Translations under genes and position numbers: made by a program
Notes under the pieces: generated by a model
What the model was told of the DNA's origin: nothing
The model's input: only the letters and a program-made list of their open reading frames with translations
Database searches by the model: none
IMG/VR virus record: IMGVR_UViG_3300022745_000021
Span: 1-64,000 of that record
Reading direction: 5' to 3' (one strand)
Source of the DNA: a virus
Length of the DNA stretch: 64,000 bases
Part shown: piece after piece, positions 1-9,600 of the stretch
Numbering within the stretch: the stretch's first letter is position 1
Layout of the letters: every line of letters starts with the position of its first letter

Positions 1-23
1 GGTGGGGGGGGGGGGGGGGGGAA

Positions 24-308
24 CTACAGGGGAAATTCGTCGGCAGCCTCGCGCAGCGCTGCGTTGGCGCAGTGCCCTTTGCCGAAAACGTCATCGACGA
101 GGCCGGACAGGACGACACACCAGCGGTAGCCGTTGGCCGCGCCCCATCCGAGGGTAGCAGAGATCGTCTCGCGCGACGACGGCCGGGCGCGGGCGAAGAA
201 CACCCAGCACGGTGCCTTGACCAGCACCTGCATGAGGATGTCGATGGTGAGCAGGAGCGAGATCAGCACCTGCAACGCCCGCTTGGGCATAGACGGGGGG
301 TTGGTCAT
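24..308 (-). CDS. Small phage protein with N-terminal hydrophobic segment (94 aa)
   Basis: ATG at 308 preceded by GGAGGA; follows the tail fibre chaperone; ETISATLG...GHC motif. Confidence 0.7.
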   Translation of the reverse strand: MTNPPSMPKRALQVLISLLLTIDILMQVLVKAPCWVFFARARPSSRETISATLGWGAANGYRWCVVLSGLVDDVFGKGHCANAALREAADEFPL

Positions 309-309
309 G

Positions 310-639
310 TCATCCTCCTGCGGTCGGCAATTCCGGCCAAACAATTCCGGCCGGGTGGGGGGCTTGGGTGATGTCGCGCAGCGCCTGCCGGTAGGCCGCC
401 CAGCGCGCGCGGGTCGCGTCGGGCACATCGGGTAGCGCCGCCCAGTCGCAGGCGTGCAGCAACGCGTGACGGCGTGCGCGCACTTCCGCCCAGAGCGCGT
501 CGGGGTCTTCGGTCCGGCGCTCCCGGCGGTGGGCCAGCTTGCGCTTCACTTCGAGCACGCAGTTCCCGCAACGCCCCTTGTCGTCGAGGGCGAAGTCGTG
601 AACGGCGTGACCGCACTTGATGCAGGGTTTCGTATCCAT
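310..639 (-). CDS. Tail fibre assembly chaperone
   Basis: W-x-x-VR-x-RR-x-LL-x-x-CDW...PD...W-x-x-YRQALRDI...WP motif; directly downstream of the fibre gene; N-terminal CxxC...CxxC. Confidence 0.85.
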   Translation of the reverse strand: MDTKPCIKCGHAVHDFALDDKGRCGNCVLEVKRKLAHRRERRTEDPDALWAEVRARRHALLHACDWAALPDVPDATRARWAAYRQALRDITQAPHPAGIVWPELPTAGG

Positions 640-645
640 GTTACC

Positions 646-3600
646 TCAATATGTAAGCGTCAGCTGGCACTTTTCACCCCCCGGCGTCGCCGAGCGCGAA
701 GAACTGGCCGTACCCGGCGCCGTCCACGACACCGACGTGATCGACGTAACGGAGCCTCCACCGGCATCAGTCGCACCTATGTCCGTGACGCCAGATGGCG
801 CGGTGACCACCTCATCGAACGCACCCGTGATCGTCTTAGTGCCGGGGGTAAAATATGAGTTGGTGCCTGACAGATAGGAGGAACCTGCCAGTACCCACGA
901 GCCAGATACCTTGGCATAGATATAAATCGCCACTGACCAGTCGGCGTAATATAGGCCGTAGCTATCGTAGTAGGCCGTCGAAGTCGTAGACCACGTGCCC
1001 TGTACCCGATACTGGTTGCCCACCGCATCAGGATTTGAACCCTTGCTGACCACACGGTTGGGCTGACCGGTTCCACCCGCAGCATCCGTCGTCAGGTTAT
1101 AGTTGGTCGGTGCCCCCGGCACATTGACCTTGAGCCTTACAGTCGCACCGCTGGCGGTCTGATTATCCAGATACAGGTTGTAATTCTCGGTCGTACCGAT
1201 CGGGGCGAGACCACCGGACTGGAATGTCGGGATTGGCAGGTATCCGGCGTTCGGGTAGCTGATGCTGTCCCCGTCCCCGACCTGCATGATGTACGGCGCG
1301 ACGGCCATACGCAGGGCGAGGCCATTCGTGAACAAGATGCGCCCGCCGATGATGATGTCACCATCAAAGGTGGCGTTGCCGTTGGCAATCTTCATCGCCA
1401 CCTTCTTGTTGGTCCCCGCCGCGTTGGTGACGACGACTTCCTGCGCCTCAAAGCCGATGCTGCTGGTGGGGTTCCCGCTGCCATCAACCGCCATCAGCTT
1501 GACCGACGCTGTAGCAGCGCCTGCGCTGGTCGAGAGGGTCACGTAGGACTGGAGCTTGCCGGTGTGATCGGCGATCACACCTGCCTGATAGGCTGCACTC
1601 GCCTCAGCGGTGTAGTCGGTGGCAACCGAACCAGCTTCGAGCTTGATCTGACGGAAGTTGCACGAACCCCCGTTCGCATTGAATGCGACGCAGCGGACTA
1701 CCAAATAAGCGGTGCCGGTCGGGGCGGTCTCAGTGTGGGCGTAGGACTGACGTGCTTCAAAGGTGTTGCTGAAGTCGTGGCCGGAGCTGTCAACCTGCCC
1801 GCCGTCCAGCAGCACGTTGTTGCTGGCGTCGTAATAGATGACATCGCAATAGCCGTGGGTGCCGCTGCCCCAGATGGCACTGTCGTAGGACAGCGTATGC
1901 ACTTGGCCGGCAGTCGCGGTGATGCGGTCGGAGACCAACACCTGCGTTCCGTCTATCCACGTCGAGACGTAGGCACCCCAGTAGTTGGTCCATGCACCAG
2001 AACCAGCTACCTGCACGTTCCAATTCGTGACGTTCGTCCACTTGGCAAGGCCGCTCTCGAAGCCGCCATTGGGTAGCAGGTTCGGTGAACCGGCAGACAG
2101 GCGCTGGGTGAAGGTCGATGCCTGCGATTGCAGCGTGGCGATGCTGCTCGATTGCATGGTGATGGACGCCGAGAACTGGCTGGCGGTCAGGTCATCCGAG
2201 TAGAGGGTGCAGGATGCCCCTTGCTCCAGCTTCACCCGCTTCCACGCAGCACTCGTGTTGGACCACGTGCTGCCGCCCCAGATATCGAGGTGGACACGGG
2301 CATAACGCACGCCCGAGGGCGGGGTCTGGTTCTCGATCTTGACCAGATTCCATCCGCTATTTCCGGCGTTGACAACCGCCTGCCCCGAATACCCGAGGTG
2401 GTTGTGTCCACTGTCGAGCCACTGGACGTAGGCTCGAACTTGGGCTGACCCCGTCACACCGCCAGCGTAGATTTCCGCCTGCAGACTGATGGCGGCAGTG
2501 GATTGGTAATCGACGTCCTGCCAAAGCCCCGATCCGGTTGTGTTGTTGCCCGAGGCCGAGACGAAGATATTGCCTTCGCCGTAGGTGCCAAGGCTGACAT
2601 AGACGGGGTAGCTAGGGTTGTCCTGGTTCCACCCGGTTGTGCCGTTGGTCGCGCTTGGGTTCTTGAGGATATTCGGCTTGACCGCGATCGACGCGTTGAT
2701 CGTCGATACCGACGTGGCAACCGATGCTATAGCGTTGGTCCGCACATCAGCCTCGTAGCTGATCGCGGCCTGCACGTTCTCCATCTGGTAGCGGCTGCCG
2801 CCGGGGGAGTAGTTGTTGAACAAGGTCTGCCCGCTGCGGGCCTTGCCAATGTAGGGCCTCCAGAACCACGCCCAGCTATCGCTCTGTCCAGAGTTGGTAT
2901 CGATTTTGCGCAGAGCGAGAAACATGCGGGTCGTGCCTGCAGGGGCTTGGATCGCCTTGACGCCAACCTGTGTCCAGTTCGCGGGGTTCTTGCCGCCCGT
3001 GCTGACAGCGTCGCCTGCGTAACCGTAGCCGGTCCAGTTCCCCGCGTCGTCGAGGAACACCAGCACGACTGCGATGGGTGCTCGGTGGGCAGCACAGTAG
3101 GCATAGGCCTGATAGTATTCACCTGCGGTGGCGGAAACAGCAGCACTGCCCCACTCACCGATATCGGTCCCTGTGCCGAGACGACCGTCCTGACGCATCG
3201 ACAGGACATTCTCAGCGACGGGATGCCAGTCTGACCCAGCACCGTTGACGGTGACGTTGTCGAACACCATCGAGCCGTTCGACTTACCGAATGCCCAACC
3301 CGCTGTCAGGCCGTTCGGGAAGTCCGTGTTGTTCAGGAGGTTGCCGCCGCCCGTGAACGCAGCGGACAGGGTGGCGCTAGTCGCAGCGCTCGACTCGCTC
3401 GCCGAAGCTGCGGAAGCTGAAGACGCGGCGTTCGTGGCCGAGGTGTTTGCGTTACCTGCGTAGGTCGCAGCGTTGCTGGCATAGGTCGATGCGGTGGACG
3501 CTGACCCGCTTGCCGACGATGCGGACCCGGCAGCGTTGCTGGCGCTGGTGGATGCCGCGCTGGCCGAGCCGCTGGCACTATTAGCGCTGTTGGACGCTGC

Positions 3601-6600
3601 CGTTGCCGAAGTCCCCGCCGAAGAAGCCGAGGTGCTGGCGCTGCTTGCACTCGACGATGCCGCCGACGCGCTGTTGCCCGCGCTGGTTGCCGAGTTGGCA
3701 GCGTTCGTCGCACTGGTGCTGGCAGACGACGCGGACCCGGCAGCGTTGCTGGCGTAGGTAGCAGCCTGACCGGCACTGGTGCTGGCGTTGCCCGCATAGG
3801 TTGCGGCATTCGTCGCTGACGTGCTGGCGTTGCTCGCCTGCGTCGAAGCGGTTGAGGCCGATCCGGCAGCGTTCGAGGCATAGGTCGCTGCCGAGTTGGC
3901 CGAGCCGGATGCGTTGCTCGCCGAAGTCGCGGCGCTGCCTGCGCTCGACGACGCCTGCCCCGCGCTGGTGGCTGCGTTGTTGGCCGAGGTGGTCGCGCTC
4001 GATGCCTGCTGACCTGCGGTGGTTGCCGACGCCGCAGCGCTCGATGCCGAGGACGCGGCTGCCGTCGCCGAACCGGCAGCGTTGTAGCTCTCGGTAATGT
4101 CGGTCAGTTGCAGGCGGCGAACGTGGTAGACCGCGTCGGAATAGCTCGACCCGGCGTTGTCCCAATTGATGTGCGCGCGCGGACGCGCCCAGAACAGGTT
4201 GCCATCGGCGACCCAGTCGAGGTCGAACGTGGTCCACGTCGCGAACGGCATGGCGGTGAGGAGGTTGACCGCCGACGTCACGCCTTGCCAAGCGCCCGAA
4301 CCATCCTGCCGGTAGAGGCCAAAATGGGCAAACGACGGACGGCCGTTGGTCGCCTCGACGACGCGGGCGATGTCGATCGACACGCGGTAGCGCCGCCCCG
4401 GCGTGGGGACGAACGTACCGCGCGAGGCTACCAGCGCATACTGGTTGGCACGCGAGGCAAACACCGGATAGCTGGCGGAGCCGAACCAGTCGTCGCCCCA
4501 GATATTGCCGGGCGTGTAGTTCCCCTCGTCGCTAATCCAGAACTGGTGCTCATTGGGGGTGAAGCCCGAGGGAAGCAGCTGCGCGGCGGCGGTGGCTGAG
4601 ACTGACGAACTGGTCGCGGCGCTATTGGCGCTGCCCGCCGCGTTGGTCGCCGAGGTCGCGGCGCTGGAAGCCGACGACGCTGCATTGCCCGCGTAGGTGT
4701 AGGCATTACCTGCGTAGGTGAAGGCATTACCCGCACTGCTGGCGGCGTTACCTGCATAGGTCGAGGCGGTGTTGGCGCTGCCCGAGGCGTTGGACGCCGA
4801 GGTCGCGGCGCTCGATGCGCTGCTGGCGGCTTGGCCTGCGCTGGTCGAGGCGTTGTTGGCCTGCGTCGTCGCGGTCGAAGCCGACTGCCCGGCGGCGGTC
4901 TGCGATGCGGATGCGCTGGAGGCCGAGGTGGCAGCCGCCGTCGCCGACAGCCCCGCCGCATATTCGGACGTGATGTCGGTCACGACCGGCGCCGACAGGT
5001 ACATGTTACCGGCGTTGAAGTTCTGCGCTGCGCCGCCCCAGCCCGAGAGGCCAAGCACCTGCACGATCGGGAACCAGTACGGCGGCCAGCCGCTCGCAGG
5101 GATGGTGACGTCGAGGCCGATCGGCACCCAAGTGTTGGCGGGGATATGGAACGACCCGCCGTTGCAACCGGGTGCAACTGCGACGTTATCCCCGCTGACC
5201 CCGACAGAAGTGCCGTCACTCCAGACGCCCGTGTTCGTGCCACCAAGCCAGATATTGACATAGGCGTTGGTGGCATCACCGATGGCCCAAGCCGTGTAGC
5301 GGTAGCGCCGCCCGGGCTGCGTCACGATGCCCTTGGCCGGGTAGATCGAGAGTACGTTGTGACTGGTATCAGTGCGAGCGAGGTAGGGCGATTTCCAGCC
5401 CCAGTCGGCATGCGCGGGTCCATCGATCGAGACGTTGTTCTCGACGATCCACGCCGCGCGTTGATCCGGGGACAGCCCGCCGGGCAGCATCGCTTGTAGA
5501 ACCGAGGTGGCCCCGTCCTTGGCGCTCGCTGCCGTCGTCGCGCTGGAGGCGGCGCTGTTGGCGCTGCCCGAAGCATTGCTGGCGCTGGTCGCTGCCTGCG
5601 ACGCCGACGTGCTCGCATTGCCCGCCGAGGTGTTCGCGGACGTCGCCGACGCAGCGGCAGCGCTGGCGCTGTTGCCCGCGTTGGTGGCCGAGGTCGATGC
5701 TGACGAGGCACTGCCCGAGGCGGCGCTGGCGCTGTTCGCGGCGTTGGTGGCCGAGGTCGCGGCAGCCCCAGCCTGCGTGCTCGCCGTGCTCGCCGAGCCG
5801 GCGGCGCCGGTCGCGCTGGTGCTGGCGTTGTTGGCATAGGTTTGCGCCTGCCCGGCAAAGGTCAGCGCGTTCGACGCCTGCATGTAGGCGTTGCTCGCCT
5901 GCGTCGCGGCGTCGTTCGCCGACGTGCTGGCCGAGGTTGCGCTGTTCGACGCGCTGGTGGCGCTGTTGCCGGCGGCGGTCTGCGATGCGCCTGCGTTCGA
6001 CGCGCTGGTGGCAGCGGCGCTCGCATAACCCGACGCGGCTTGGCTCTCGGTGACATCCTCCAGTCGGAAATCGCTGATGCGGATTTCCATACTGGGCTGA
6101 CCCCAATCGCCATCAATGATTACGAACGGGATGATCGCCTGCACGCCCGCCGGGATCGTGGTGACCGCGTCGATCAGCTGGTAGCCATAGGTGCCCCCAC
6201 CGCCTGCGGCGTTCTGCCACCAGAAACTCTGGGTGCCATCCGCCATGAGCATCGAATAACCAAGGCCGCCGGGGAACGCACCGAACTGCACCGACACGTG
6301 TCCGTAGACGTGCAGCTTGCGCCCGCCCCAGTTGCCGTAAATCCAGTCACCCTCGAAGGCGTCGCGCGTGTTCGCAATGAACAGCGCCTTGCCGCCCGAC
6401 ACGGGGGCGAGAGGCTGGCCGTAGTAGGCGGGGTTGATGACCGAGCACGGCCCGCCGGTCGGGTTGTACCACTGGCCGACCGAGCCGTCCGAGAAGGTGC
6501 CCTTGCGCACGATGTTGCGCGAGGCAGCCGAGCTTTGTGCCTGCGCTGCCAGCGTGGCGCTGTTCGAGGCCGAGGAGGCGCTTCCTGCTGCATTGCTGGC

Positions 6601-9600
6601 GCTGCTCGAAGCCTGCGACGCAGACGTGTTGGCGTTCGATGCCGACGTACCCGCTTGGCCCGCGCTGGTGGCCGCATTAGTTGCCTGCGTCAGCGCCGAG
6701 CTTGCCGAGTTTCCCGCATTGGTCGCGCTGATCGCAGCGTTCGACGCGCTGGTGGCAGCCGCCGTCGCCGACAGCCCCGCCGCATATTCGGACGTGATGT
6801 CCTCAAACTTGATGCCCGTCAGATAGACATGGTTGCCCACCGGACCCGTATAGTTGGCAGCGTTGTAGATATGGAACATCGGACGGACGTACGCGGGCCA
6901 ACCGGCGGGGACGGTGAAGTCGATGCCGACTTTGGTCCACGTGTTGGCGGTCAGCCCGCCCGAGACGATCGCGGCGGGCGGGCTGCTGACGGTCGCGTTC
7001 ACGTTCTGCGAGGTGCCGTCGTCCCAGTTGGATGTGCTGGTGCCGCCCACCCACATTCCGGCGGCGCAGGCGCTGTTCCACGCATAGGCCCAACCCGTAG
7101 CCCGGTGACGCCGTCCCTGAACGGCAGGGATGCCGAGGCGCGGGAATACGTACATATCACTGACAGCCGGATCGCCGTGGGCCAGATAAGGCGCGGGCCA
7201 ACCGTCGTTGACTTGGGCCGGCCCAATTACCTCTGTCGAACGATCGATCCGGTAGGCGTCGCGCCCGTAGGGGTCCAAGTTGGGCGGGAACAGTGCCGCC
7301 GCCGTGTCACGAGCGCTGTTCAGGTAGCCCGCCGTGGTCGAGGAGAACGACGACGCGCTCGACGCACTGCCCGCTGCGTTGGTGGCCGAGGTCGCGGCCT
7401 GCCCTGCGCTGACCGACGCCGCGCCCGCGCTCGATGCGGCGTTGGTCGCCGATCCTGCCGCTGCCGTCGCCGAGTTGCCAGCATTGGTGGCGCTGGTCGA
7501 AGCCGAGGAGGCGCTACCGGCGGCAGCGCTGGCCGAGTTGCCCGAGTTGGTCGCCGACGTGGCGGCAGCCCCGGCGCTGGTCGAGGCCGAGGATGCGCTA
7601 CCGGCGGCATTGGTCTCGGAGGTGTGCGCGTTGCTGGCGTAGGTCGCCGCGTCATTGCGGAACGACAGCGCGTTGAACGCCTGATTGTAGGCGTCGGTGA
7701 CCGACTGCGCAGCGGCGCTCTGGGATGCCTGCGCCGCGTCGCGCGCGGACTGGGCGGCACCCTGTGCGCTTTGCGCGGCATCGCGCGCGGTCTGGGCACC
7801 GGTCTGGTAGCCGAGCGCGGCATCGCGGGCCGACTGCGCGGCGGTCTGCGCGCTCTGGGCGTTGGTCTTGGCGGTCTCGGCGGCGGTCTGCGCGGTGGAC
7901 GCGGCGCTCGATGCCGCCTGCGCCTGATCCTTCGCCGTGCTGGCGGCCGAGGCATAGGTGTTGGCGACGCTGGCGCTGGACGCCGCTGCTGCGGCGCTGG
8001 AAGCTGCCGCCGCCGCCTGCTGCGCCGCGCTCTGGGTCGAGCCGTACGTCGCGATCAGGCTGGCGATGTCGCTCTGCGCCTGCGAAATCTGTCCGGTGAC
8101 ATCGGTCGGCCCGGCGCTGATCTCGGCGCTGGGGGTGCCGTCGCCGAACACGTCGAAGGGCACCAGCTTGAGGTAGTGCGTCGCCTGTGCGAGCTTGGGG
8201 ATCGTCACCCGCGAACCGGTGCCGGTGTAGCGCAGATTGGCATTGGTCAGCGCGACCGGCGAGGTGGTGTCGGCGTAGACGCGGTATCCGGCATAGTCGG
8301 GGTCGGCCGGATCGGCGACGGTGACCATGATCCCGTCTAGCGTGCCGGTTGCAGCCGGTTGCACCGCCCACGTCGGCGCCGGGTTGGTGAACGTCGTCGC
8401 GGCCATCGCCGAGAGGTTGCCGTTGACGTCGAGCATCTGCACCCCGATGCGCGGACCCCGGATCGGGCCGCCGTCGGCGTTCTGCATGTCGTAGGTGTAG
8501 ACGTAGCTCGCATCGGTGACGATGGCGGTGCGGCGCACGCTCACCCCGTTGGCGGCGTAGACCGTGACCTTGAAGCCCGCGAAGAACTGGTCCTTGAAGG
8601 CTTGGCCCACCTGCCCGTCGGGGGCGCCGATCGCGCGGGCATCCCAGCGCACGGCCAGATCAGGTCCCGAGAAGGTGACCATGCCTTCGGGCGTGGTCGG
8701 GTTGGTGACCATCGCGCGTGCGTTGACGTTGGTCGCGTCCTGCACGTTGTAGAGGCCCGAGAGCACCGCCGAGGGCACGCCCATGGTATTGACCGCGAAG
8801 ACGCGGCACTCGTAGGCACCGTTGATCGGGCTGTCGATGATCGCTTCGGTCGAACCGGTCTGGGGCAGCGAGGCCCAGTTGCCGCTGTCAACCCGGTAGG
8901 AGAACATGTAGCCCGAGAGGATCGTGGTGTCCGACTTGGTCCACGTGACGATCAGGCTGTTGGCGACGCTCGCGCCCGAGGTGCGCGTCTCGACCCGGAA
9001 CTGCATGTCGGTCGGCGGCGCGCAGTACGACGGGTTGGGCAGCTTCTGGTAGGTGCCGGCGGGGTCTTCGATGAAGTTGGCGCTGTTGTCGGCGATGTCG
9101 TACTTCTCGGCGCGGTATTCGAGCGCCAGCACCTCGAACTGCCCTTTGGTGGCGTCCGCGATCGACAGCACGCGGAACGGGCGCGGCTCGACGCTGCCGA
9201 TCTCGGACAGCGCGAAGATCGCCCCGACAATCGGCATGTCGCCGCTCGGCAGCGGGGTCGCCAGCGTGACGATGTCGGTGCTGCCCGGCGCGTTGGTGAC
9301 GGCGGCCGAGAACAGCTGGCCGGTCTTGGTCATCACCGAAAGCTCGTACTCCTCGCCCGCCGCGAAGGGGAACGGGGTGTCCATGCGCACGCTGGAGGTC
9401 GCCACGTCGAGAATGCGCCCGCCCATGCGCGGCCCGGCGTAGGCGGGGTCCACGATCTCGATGACTTCGCCCGGGACCAAGTCAGCCGCCTCGTAGCCCG
9501 AGGTGAACTTGACGGTCTCGGTCTCAAGGATTTCGGTGGCGAGCAGCCAGCGCCCGAACCGCCGGGCCTGCCCGCGCGAGGTGCAGCCGATGGCCGCGAC

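Noticed and set aside
1-21. Run of about 18 G at the window start
   Set aside because: Most likely a sequencing or assembly-end artefact (poly-G); no biological claim can be supported
646-8100. Diversity-generating retroelement or invertible tail-fibre system
   Set aside because: No reverse transcriptase, no adenine-specific TR/VR pair, and no invertase or inverted crossover sites seen
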